Origin: Candidatus Aenigmatarchaeota archaeon
Lineage (GTDB): Archaea > Aenigmatarchaeota > Aenigmatarchaeia > CG10238-14 > SCSR01
DNA length: 64,000 bases
Assembly: GCA_016177025.1 (NCBI GenBank)
Contig: JACOWB010000007.1
Location: forward strand, 7,751-71,750
Direction of reading: 5' to 3'
Shown here: positions 16,084 to 23,729 of the stretch, in pieces
Layout: every line of letters begins with the position of its first letter
Position numbering within the stretch: position 1 is the stretch's first letter
Notes under the pieces: model-generated
Database searches by the model: none
Told to the model about the DNA's origin: nothing
What the model saw: only the letters and a program-made list of their open reading frames with translations
Program-made: the position numbers and the translations under genes

Positions 16084-17019
16084 TCATTGTTCCAATATTA
16101 CAGCATCGTCTATTATCATATCACTATCTTTATCAAAGCCTTGTACCACGAAGTTAAAATTTCCTTTATTACTAAAGTTTAAACCATTATCTAAAAGCTT
16201 GAAAATAGAGATAATTGCTGACCTAATGCCTCTTGTTCTGATACCGCCTATAACAAGAATCATTTTATCTTTATTGAACGGGTTTGGATATTTTACTATT
16301 AACCCGCATCTATCATCTTTGTAACTTTTTCCGGTTGATTTCGACATTATGGAATTCTTTTCCAAGTCAAAATATAACGGTAAATGAGAGTTTATTTTAT
16401 CGATAATCGCATTTGTTTTATTATTTCCGATTAAAATTAAATTGTCTTTAAGTTCATGATCTCTTATTTCTGTATCTAATTTATAATTTGCTTTTTCCAA
16501 AGATTTTAAAAATCTCCCGATTAGTAACATCAAATCTATTGTGTGTGATCCTTCTGTTCCCCCTATATTGTATTTTCCGTGTGGTGAAGGATCGCCTATA
16601 ATGATTTTTGCGTTTAGTTTTCCGTCCGTAACGAATGGGGAAAAAAATTCAGAAATGTTCACAGGCATTTGAAACGTATCATCATCTTTAATTTTCATAC
16701 CTCTATCGTGCAATTTGGCGGCTATGACAGGTGATACAACACTATAAATCTTGGCAGTCATTCCATGTCTTTTTTCGGTTGAAATTGTGTAAATTATACC
16801 GGCCTTCTCTAACTTCTTCGTATGGTAGTAAACCTTTTGCTCGTGTATTTTTAACTTTCTGGAAATGTCGATTGCTGAAATCGGCGCTTCTGCCAAAGTT
16901 TTGACAATTTTCAAAGCGAGTTTGCTGCTCAAAGCGGATAAGGCCTTCGGATCACTTAAAATTAAAGAATCGTATGCGACTCTTCCATTTCCGTCATTCT
17001 CTATCAAAGTTGCTTGCAT
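16084..17019 (-). CDS. ArsR-type winged-helix transcriptional regulator with an uncharacterised ~200-aa C-terminal domain
   Basis: 311 aa. LALKIVKTLAEAPISAIDISRKLKIHEQKVYYHTKKLEKAGIIY is a wHTH. The C-terminal half carries no motif I recognise. It is the first gene of the operon. Confidence 0.75.
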   Translation of the reverse strand: MQATLIENDGNGRVAYDSLILSDPKALSALSSKLALKIVKTLAEAPISAIDISRKLKIHEQKVYYHTKKLEKAGIIYTISTEKRHGMTAKIYSVVSPVIAAKLHDRGMKIKDDDTFQMPVNISEFFSPFVTDGKLNAKIIIGDPSPHGKYNIGGTEGSHTIDLMLLIGRFLKSLEKANYKLDTEIRDHELKDNLILIGNNKTNAIIDKINSHLPLYFDLEKNSIMSKSTGKSYKDDRCGLIVKYPNPFNKDKMILVIGGIRTRGIRSAIISIFKLLDNGLNFSNKGNFNFVVQGFDKDSDMIIDDAVILEQ

Positions 17020-17205
17020 TATCTCACTTACTAATTTCTTTATAGAATAACCTTAAATGTTATGGTTTTTTCTATAATAGTGTGAATTTTCTTATAAAAA
17101 GATATATAAATGCTTTATGGTTTGCGAGAGGATAGAATAGATTCTACAAATTTTGTTATAAGAGTTGCTTATATACCCGCGTTCTAATGTTTCAAACAGA
17201 TTGAA

Positions 17206-17364
17206 ATGAACTTCAAAAAATTGCCGACATCGCCAGTAAAATCTTATGAAGTGGAGCAGGCAGGACCGTCTGTGGCATTCGAATGTCCGGCATGTAGCAG
17301 TGAAGTTGGCTTGAATGAAATAGTTGAGCAGAAAGGAAATATAAAATGTGTGAAATGTACATGA
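17206..17364 (+). CDS. small zinc-ribbon protein, type a (copy 1)
   Basis: 52 aa, hand-translated: ...AFECPACSSEVGLNEIVEQKGNIKCVKCT. Paralogous to 18187-18336. Confidence 0.55.
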   Translation: MNFKKLPTSPVKSYEVEQAGPSVAFECPACSSEVGLNEIVEQKGNIKCVKCT

Positions 17365-17383
17365 CCCTTTTGGCCGATCAACC

Positions 17384-17445
17384 GAAGTTGGAGAACTAAC
17401 CCCTTGGAGGATTCCGTAAACCGATCATAAAAGTTCTCCAACTTC
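17384..17445. repeat. perfect 14-bp inverted repeat (GAAGTTGGAGAACT / AGTTCTCCAACTTC) with a 34-nt loop
   Basis: Arms at 17384-17397 and 17432-17445, read directly. It lies in the 112-nt gap between zinc-ribbon genes a1 and b1. Confidence 0.8.
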
Positions 17446-17476
17446 ACTTCTTCTTTCATTGTTTTGAAGGGGTATC

Positions 17477-17605
17477 ATGAAAATATGCCAGTTATGTAAA
17501 TTAGAGTATTCAGACGAGACAGAATTTTGTGCCAAGTGTGGAAATAAACTAGAAACAGAGAAAGAAACTGACACGACACCAAGAGACTATGAAGAGGGAT
17601 ACTAG
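17477..17605 (+). CDS. small zinc-ribbon protein, type b (copy 1)
   Basis: 42 aa: MKICQLCKLEYSDETEFCAKCGNKLETEKE.... Paralogous to 18342-18479. Its 3' end overlaps the Lrp gene's 3' end by 4 nt. Confidence 0.55.
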   Translation: MKICQLCKLEYSDETEFCAKCGNKLETEKETDTTPRDYEEGY

Positions 17606-18123
17606 ACAGTAACTCTGAAATCTTCTTTCACAGTATCCAATACTATTCTTGTTTCGCTTCGCTGGATTTCAAATTTATTATACAGTTCACTTAGAAACCT
17701 TTGTAATTCGTCTATTCCTCTGAATTTCGCAATGATTATAGCATCCACGTCCCCTGTCGTGTGATAAATGGCATACACATTTGCTAGCTCTGTGATTTCA
17801 CCCATGGCTTTAAGTACGATTAGCTTTGGGGCAACAAGCTCGATTATGGCTGTCAACTCATAACCTAATTTTTCCGAATCTAAATTTACAGAATATCCTT
17901 TTATAATCCCATCCGCCTTCATTTTCTTTAGTCTTTCGATAACAGTTGTTGTTGATAACTTGGCATTGCGTGCTATCTCCCGATAAGACAGTCTTGCATC
18001 CCAGATCAATCGTGTAAGAATTTTCCTATCAGTATCATCGATGGACGAACGTCCAAGAGGCGTTTTTATTCCTTTTAAATCATCCTGTTCATTTGTTCTC
18101 TTTTTTGTTTGTTTAGTTGACAT
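17602..18123 (-). CDS. Lrp/AsnC-family transcriptional regulator
   Basis: 173 aa. DDTDRKILTRLIWDARLSYREIARNAKLSTTTVIERLKKMKADGIIKGY is the HTH, followed by an RAM/ACT-like C-terminal domain. Confidence 0.9.
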   Translation of the reverse strand: MSTKQTKKRTNEQDDLKGIKTPLGRSSIDDTDRKILTRLIWDARLSYREIARNAKLSTTTVIERLKKMKADGIIKGYSVNLDSEKLGYELTAIIELVAPKLIVLKAMGEITELANVYAIYHTTGDVDAIIIAKFRGIDELQRFLSELYNKFEIQRSETRIVLDTVKEDFRVTV

Positions 18124-18186
18124 ATGTAGTAATTATAGTTAGAAAAGTATTTATTAGTCATATAAAGGTGTTCAACTAGTGGTTGA

Positions 18187-18336
18187 ATGAGAAATCTTCT
18201 ACACAGACCATTGGCAACAGGTCTAAAAGGCGGTGTAGGGACGATCTTGCTATGCCCAGCCTGCAACAATGAAATATCTTTAACAGAGTTGATAGAAAGG
18301 AAGGGATATGTAGGATGCATTAGCTGTACGAGGTGA
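18187..18336 (+). CDS. small zinc-ribbon protein, type a (copy 2)
   Basis: 49 aa: ...ILLCPACNNEISLTELIERKGYVGCISCTR. Shares the pattern CPAC..E..L.E.(I/V)E.KG...C..CT with copy 1. Confidence 0.55.
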   Translation: MRNLLHRPLATGLKGGVGTILLCPACNNEISLTELIERKGYVGCISCTR

Positions 18337-18341
18337 TTGGA

Positions 18342-18479
18342 ATGAACATGTGCCCTGTCTGCGGACTGACATACGATGGAACGCAACAGTTTTGCGTCAA
18401 ATGCGGCGCTAGACTGTATCCAAAAGAAAGACCAAGAATCGTAGAGTGGCTCTCGCCTACAAGCTTTATAGACTATTGA
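18342..18479 (+). CDS. small zinc-ribbon protein, type b (copy 2)
   Basis: 45 aa: MNMCPVCGLTYDGTQQFCVKCGARLYPKE.... Shares the pattern C..C.L.Y.....FC.KCG..L with copy 1. It starts 5 nt after the type-a gene. Confidence 0.55.
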   Translation: MNMCPVCGLTYDGTQQFCVKCGARLYPKERPRIVEWLSPTSFIDY

Positions 18480-18576
18480 GGTGAAGTAATGAACGAAAGG
18501 ACGTGGGTCAGACTTGTCAATGCAAAACTCAAGAAACGGAAGAACAGATTGGTCAAAAGTGTGTGAGGAATCTAAG

Positions 18577-19251
18577 TTAACCTTTCCATCTCATTACAAC
18601 AAATAAATGAAACTTTTCGTAGGGATCTAGTTCGACCTTATCAATAATTTCAAAATACTTTTCCAATTCCTGCAAACATTCTTTGTAAACTTGCCTCGGA
18701 TGTTTTGTGACATCGATAGACTGAGATTTTATTACTATGATAGCGAACCCATCAGGTTTCAAAAACTTTTCGCAGTTTCTAATCATTATCTGGACCTGAT
18801 CATCGCTGGCAACATCCTCATATACTACATCAACTTTACTAAGCACGACATTCTCATAATCTTCTGGTTTTCTCGCATTGGCCAGTATAGGAATTACGTT
18901 TCCCCTTTTCTCTGCTGTGGGAATTAACTCTCTGAAAGGCCTGTCGCTAATCTCGACTCCGTAAATCAAACCATTTTTTCCTATAATATCAGAAAAATGT
19001 GATGCTGTAGTTCCATTTGCAATTCCAAGATAAAGCACTTTTATGCCGTCTTCAATAGGAAGCCCCTTCAGACCATTCTTGATGGCTGCGGCGGGTTTGC
19101 TTCTCCAGAAATCCCAAACTCTGTATTCAACGCTTTTCTCTTTAATCAGTTCCTCGCCGTACACTTTCTGGTTGGGAACTAGATTGATAGTGGATATCTT
19201 CCCCTTTATTTTGAATACACCGTAGAATTTTGTCTTTTTCACTTCTGGCAT
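18577..19251 (-). CDS. flpA: fibrillarin (C/D box sRNP 2'-O-methyltransferase)
   Basis: 224 aa. YRVWDFWRSKPAAAI, VLYLGIANGTTASHFSDI and YEDVA are typical of fibrillarin. Confidence 0.95.
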   Translation of the reverse strand: MPEVKKTKFYGVFKIKGKISTINLVPNQKVYGEELIKEKSVEYRVWDFWRSKPAAAIKNGLKGLPIEDGIKVLYLGIANGTTASHFSDIIGKNGLIYGVEISDRPFRELIPTAEKRGNVIPILANARKPEDYENVVLSKVDVVYEDVASDDQVQIMIRNCEKFLKPDGFAIIVIKSQSIDVTKHPRQVYKECLQELEKYFEIIDKVELDPYEKFHLFVVMRWKG

Positions 19252-19255
19252 TGAA

Positions 19256-20236
19256 TCATTTTTTTAAAGAGAGTATTCCTTTGACTTTCGCTTCCAGTTC
19301 CTTTTTCATCTGGTCTCCTCTGTATTCCTTGGAATAATAATCAATCCTTGCGGCTATTGAGAGTTTAGATGCAAGCAAACGCGCTATCTTTCCTTGTTTG
19401 TCTGATGGAGAATTCTGGATTAACGGGTGGTTGTAGATTAACCCGTACTTTGGGGACTTGCTTCTGCCTCTGGATTTCAAAAACCTGAAAAGAGCCTTTT
19501 CTGAACCTAGAAGCTGTATCGTCGATGAAGGCATCCTAGATAATCTCTCCAAACCGCCTGCCTTTGCGATAAGTTTGGCTGCAATAACATCTCCTGCAAG
19601 GACAGAAAAATTGGGAGCTATTTCTTTTAATAGTTTGCTTAGATAATTTGTGAATTCTTTTCGCAATTCATAAAGTTTGGATATATCCGATGAAAATAAT
19701 TTCACCGTTTCGATATCTTCTTTGTTGAACTCCATGCCAGAACTTTTTTCTTTGAACTGATTCAGCCTATTGTCATTAAAGTTTTCCCTATCGCCGAACT
19801 TTCCTATTAACTCGACGTACATTTCATGGTTTTCAATAACCCTGTCCATCTCAGGGAAATGAAGTGAATACCATTCTCGCAATCTCTCTACGAAAATATT
19901 TATTGACCTGTCCAATTCTTCAACGGCATTGTTAACGTGAATGATTAAATTATCACGGCTGGCGGATTCCTTTATTTTCTGTTTGGTTAACTCAGAGTTT
20001 ACCTTAGTTAGAAACTGGTTGAATTCAATTTGATTTTTAACAAATTTGTATTCTATTGCATATTTCAGCAGATTTTCTTTTACGAATTTTTCAATCTCAG
20101 CGGGAGCTTCTGATTTCTCGTTTAGGAGGGGTGCGACTTCTTTAGGATCTTTAGGGAACGGTTTGAATGAGATTATTTTTTTATTTTCGTCTACAAAAAA
20201 TATTCCGATGAAAGTCCTTACTTGATATGATGCCAT
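19256..20236 (-). CDS. nop5: Nop56/58 (Nop5) C/D box sRNP core protein
   Basis: 326 aa. Nop domain LLGSEKALFRFLKSRG..SPKYGLIYNHPLIQ. It sits upstream of flpA, as in other archaea. Confidence 0.93.
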   Translation of the reverse strand: MASYQVRTFIGIFFVDENKKIISFKPFPKDPKEVAPLLNEKSEAPAEIEKFVKENLLKYAIEYKFVKNQIEFNQFLTKVNSELTKQKIKESASRDNLIIHVNNAVEELDRSINIFVERLREWYSLHFPEMDRVIENHEMYVELIGKFGDRENFNDNRLNQFKEKSSGMEFNKEDIETVKLFSSDISKLYELRKEFTNYLSKLLKEIAPNFSVLAGDVIAAKLIAKAGGLERLSRMPSSTIQLLGSEKALFRFLKSRGRSKSPKYGLIYNHPLIQNSPSDKQGKIARLLASKLSIAARIDYYSKEYRGDQMKKELEAKVKGILSLKK

Positions 20237-20271
20237 AGTTCTTAATTTAAGATAGTAACCTTTATTAGATT

Positions 20272-21159
20272 ATGAGGTACGCCTCTAGAGCTATGGTAAA
20301 GAACATTTACAAAAAGAGGAATCCTTGGGTCCATAAGGGACAATTTGGAAAATTGGTCGTTATATCCGGGAGCAATATTCATACCGGTTCACCAATTTTT
20401 GTCGGCATGGCGGCATACCGATCTGGTTGCGATTTGGTATATTTGACTGGTCCAAAGAGGGCAATGGATGTTGCTGCAAACTATTCTCCCGCATTGATGA
20501 CAAAGCCTCTTGAAGGGGATTACTTGGAAGGTAAGCATGTTGAAAAGATCCTATCCTTTGTTAAAAACTCGAGGGCGACAGCAGTTGTCATAGGTCCTGG
20601 TTTATGGAGGTTGGACAAAACGAGAAAGGCCATTAACATGCTTGTAGAAAAAATAGAAGTTCCGATGGTAATAGATGCGGACGCGATAAGAGCAGTTGGT
20701 ACAATAAAGGAGAAATTAAAGAATCGTAAAGTGCTGATAACGCCGCACGCCAATGAACTGCTGGAACTGACTGGAGTGCAAGTTACGGAAAATATCAAAG
20801 ATAGGATCAACAAAGTTAGAGAAGAGGCTTACAAAATAAACTGCGGTAAAGATAATACATGCCCGCTATATCCACCAATAACAATTGCTTTGAAGGGAAA
20901 TATTGACGTTGTATCTAACGGGAAAGAAATTATGCTGAACGACACTGGAGACCCTACTATGACCAAAGGAGGTTGCGGGGATACTCTAACCGGCATTGCG
21001 GGTGCATTGCTTGCGAGGAAAGTTGATGCATTCACTTCCGGATGCGTTGCCACTTATATAAACGGTAAAGCGGGCGAGTTAGCAGCAAAGAAATATGGGG
21101 AGGGGTTGCTCCCAACTGATTTGATTCAGGAAATTCCAAATGTGATTAAAGGTGGCTGA
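20272..21159 (+). CDS. nnrD: ADP/ATP-dependent NAD(P)H-hydrate dehydratase (YjeF C-terminal / carbohydrate-kinase family)
   Basis: 295 aa. HKGQFGKLVVISGS, VIDADAI and TKGGCGDTLTGIAGALLA. Confidence 0.88.
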   Translation: MRYASRAMVKNIYKKRNPWVHKGQFGKLVVISGSNIHTGSPIFVGMAAYRSGCDLVYLTGPKRAMDVAANYSPALMTKPLEGDYLEGKHVEKILSFVKNSRATAVVIGPGLWRLDKTRKAINMLVEKIEVPMVIDADAIRAVGTIKEKLKNRKVLITPHANELLELTGVQVTENIKDRINKVREEAYKINCGKDNTCPLYPPITIALKGNIDVVSNGKEIMLNDTGDPTMTKGGCGDTLTGIAGALLARKVDAFTSGCVATYINGKAGELAAKKYGEGLLPTDLIQEIPNVIKGG

Positions 21160-21391
21160 GCAATTAATTTCTGTGGGTGTTGTGATTATTCTGATTGGGT
21201 TTGCGATTTTATTGGCGGGTATTTTTTCTCAAATGAAATCTGGTAGGATGAAAATGGAAGGCGGCGGTGTCGTATTCATAGGACCGTTTCCTATCGGTGG
21301 TTTTGCCACAAACAAACAGGTTTTTTATATTCTCTTGACAATTTCTGCGATTCTGATAATAGCTTTTCTTTTGCTAGGCAAAAAGATTTAA
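21152..21391 (+). CDS. small membrane protein (archaeal DUF131-like)
   Basis: 79 aa with two TM helices flanking GGGVVFIGPFPIGG. Confidence 0.55.
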   Translation: MAEQLISVGVVIILIGFAILLAGIFSQMKSGRMKMEGGGVVFIGPFPIGGFATNKQVFYILLTISAILIIAFLLLGKKI

Positions 21392-21416
21392 AAATGAGTA
21401 CAATCAAGTAGAAAAC

Positions 21417-22256
21417 ATGTCCTACATAAGAACAGCATTGTTGCTAGGGGTATTGACCGGCATCCTATTAACTATAGGTTGGGTCTGGCAAGGAATGACT
21501 GGAATGACTATTTTCTTAGTTATAGCTTTTGCGATAAATTTCTTGGCATATTGGTTTTCAGACAAGATAGTCCTGGCTATGTATAGAGCCAAACCACTTC
21601 AAAAATCAGATGAGCCTAAATTACACAAGGCCATTGAATCCTTGTCGAAAGAAATGGGAATACCTAAACCTAAAGTCTACTTTGTAAATCTTCCTGTTCC
21701 AAATGCATTTGCGACGGGGAGAAATTATAAAAACGCGGCTATTGCAGTTACGGCAGGATTGTTGAAAAATTTGAATGATGAGGAAATAGAAGGTGTGATA
21801 TCTCACGAACTCTCCCATGTCAAAAACAGGGATACTCTTATTTCAACTATTGCTGCAACAATCGCTGGAGCTATAGCTTATATAGCTCAGATTGCATGGT
21901 ACAGCCTTTTCCTGGGTAGTGGTAGACGACAAGGCGGTAGTTTGATATTTCTGCCTCTGATTGTTTTAGCACCAATGGCGGCCATGTTAATTCAGTTGGC
22001 CATCACACGCACAAGAGAATTCGCTGCAGATAAAACGGGTGCCATAATTTCTAAGAAACCGCTGGCACTTGCATCGGCATTAGAAAAAATCTCTAAAATC
22101 TCTAAACAGCACCCGATAGCAGGAAACGACGCTACAGCGCATTTGTTCATAGTAAACCCGTTCAAAGGGGATGTTCTAATGAATCTTTTTTCGACACATC
22201 CTCCAGTAGAGGCACGCGTATCAAAGCTTAGAGAAATTGCGAAAGAACTTAAATGA
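21417..22256 (+). CDS. htpX: zinc metalloprotease HtpX (M48 family)
   Basis: 279 aa. NAFATG, the HELSHVKNRD zinc motif, REFAAD and 4 TM segments. Confidence 0.93.
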   Translation: MSYIRTALLLGVLTGILLTIGWVWQGMTGMTIFLVIAFAINFLAYWFSDKIVLAMYRAKPLQKSDEPKLHKAIESLSKEMGIPKPKVYFVNLPVPNAFATGRNYKNAAIAVTAGLLKNLNDEEIEGVISHELSHVKNRDTLISTIAATIAGAIAYIAQIAWYSLFLGSGRRQGGSLIFLPLIVLAPMAAMLIQLAITRTREFAADKTGAIISKKPLALASALEKISKISKQHPIAGNDATAHLFIVNPFKGDVLMNLFSTHPPVEARVSKLREIAKELK

Positions 22257-22267
22257 TGCGAATTCAA

Positions 22268-22354
22268 GGGGTCGTCGGCTAGCTTGGTAGGCTTCGAGCT
22301 TCGGGAAATCTGTCGAGAATGCTTGAGACCTGGGTTCAAATCCCAGCGACCCCA
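22268..22354 (+). tRNA. tRNA-Pro(CGG) with a 14-nt canonical intron (22306-22319) at position 37/38
   Basis: Acceptor GGGGTCG/CGACCCC, T arm CTGGG-TTCAAAT-CCCAG, anticodon stem CGAGC/GCTTG and loop TT-CGG-G[AAATCTGTCGAGAA]T. BHB central helix is TTCG/CGAG (one G-U). A CCA follows the discriminator (22355-22357). Confidence 0.9.
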
Positions 22355-22407
22355 CCATTTAATCTGTTTAAATATTTTACGGTAATCTAATAGATTAGGT
22401 GAATCAA

Positions 22408-22806
22408 ATGCCGAAACCATTTTTTCCTATTGTTGATTGGTTGTATCGTACTGTAATGGACCATGCACCACAGTATTTGCAAGACAGAGATATGTTTAGT
22501 GCTTTTGGTCTCGGTACTATTGGAATGTATAGTGTTGTAAGAGGCCTGCAATCTGTTGCAAAATCAAGAACTATGAATAGAATTGTACCAGATTTTTATG
22601 ATAGATGGTTACCAAAATTAGAAGAGATTTCTGTTGTAGCAATAACAGGCTTACCATTGCTATATGCTTTTGTTGATCCGGATGGTGTAAAAGAAATAAT
22701 GACTCGGCATCCTGTTTACACTTCGGGTATGAGTGGTGTATGGATTGGTAGCACTGCTGCTGCTGGTCAAGATTTATATAATCGAAGACTGCAAGTGAAG
22801 AATTAA
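22408..22806 (+). CDS. hypothetical protein
   Basis: About 132 aa from the ATG at 22408. Moderately hydrophobic, with no motif recognised. Confidence 0.5.
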   Translation: MPKPFFPIVDWLYRTVMDHAPQYLQDRDMFSAFGLGTIGMYSVVRGLQSVAKSRTMNRIVPDFYDRWLPKLEEISVVAITGLPLLYAFVDPDGVKEIMTRHPVYTSGMSGVWIGSTAAAGQDLYNRRLQVKN

Positions 22807-22875
22807 ACTATTCTACCCAGAACTCTCTTCGAAAATAAAAGTTTAACAAATTGGTACATAACATATTTATAAAAT

Positions 22876-23718
22876 TCACCAAACTCTATCGTTTCCTTTG
22901 AATATCGCTCGATAAAAAGACAAATAAACAACAAACAAAAATGGCCAACCTAAGATTATTGTAATAGGTATACCGAATAACGTTAGATTTGAAAACGGTA
23001 TATTGGTATAGATCCATGCTTTTACTGGTAAATTAAGCAATTCCCAGGTAATACCTGTAACTATGCTTCCGATAATTATTGAGATAATAGGCGTCCAGTG
23101 ACCTTCAATTACATCTTTAATCAAACTTCTCTCTTTTCTTGTATATTCCACGAACTCTGAAATAAACCAAAGACCTAAAATCGCGAATCCGAAGGAGAAA
23201 ACGCTACTTGTGACATTATAAAATAAAGACAAGAAAAAAGGAATAATCAGAAATAAAATTCCTGTGTAACCTATCAAAGAAAACGCAATATGCTCCTTAG
23301 ACTTTCCAACAAGCTCCATACCGAACATACCGAACATTTTTCTTATTATGTAGTGCCATACTCTATATGAGCTGTATACAATCAAAAGAACCAGACCCCA
23401 ATTTATATAGAGCTCTATAACAGACCAGAGGTTTGTAACAGTAGGGTATACCCAGACTTTTGAAATCAGAATAGCATAAAAGTCGAGAACTAATCCTAAC
23501 AGCGCCCCACTAATTATTAGATAAAATAATAAAATTTTATTATTTTTAATTTTGTTGAGAATAGATGTACCTGATAGTGAATAATCTATTGCGTCAAAAA
23601 ATAGCCAATAACCGAGTGCGAATAGGAAGTTCAAATGTGCTGCTGAAGGAGTCAATCTACTGAAAAGGTAAGAAAAGATAATTAAAGTCAATCCAAGTAA
23701 TCCGTACAAAGCAAACAT
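22876..23718 (-). CDS. hypothetical polytopic membrane protein
   Basis: 280 aa with about 8 hydrophobic helices. No family assigned. Confidence 0.6.
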   Translation of the reverse strand: MFALYGLLGLTLIIFSYLFSRLTPSAAHLNFLFALGYWLFFDAIDYSLSGTSILNKIKNNKILLFYLIISGALLGLVLDFYAILISKVWVYPTVTNLWSVIELYINWGLVLLIVYSSYRVWHYIIRKMFGMFGMELVGKSKEHIAFSLIGYTGILFLIIPFFLSLFYNVTSSVFSFGFAILGLWFISEFVEYTRKERSLIKDVIEGHWTPIISIIIGSIVTGITWELLNLPVKAWIYTNIPFSNLTLFGIPITIILGWPFLFVVYLSFYRAIFKGNDRVW

Positions 23719-23729
23719 ACTAAACGATA

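Noticed and set aside
17244-18386. Minus-strand ORFs 17244-17459 (71 aa) and 18075-18386 (103 aa)
   Set aside because: They run antisense to the plus-strand zinc-ribbon micro-genes. The plus-strand translations conserve their Cys spacing between the two copies. The minus-strand translations show no mutual similarity.
21992-22420. 142-aa minus-strand ORF spanning the htpX 3' end and tRNA-Pro
   Set aside because: It overlaps a well-supported CDS and a tRNA gene. It has no motif and is most likely spurious.
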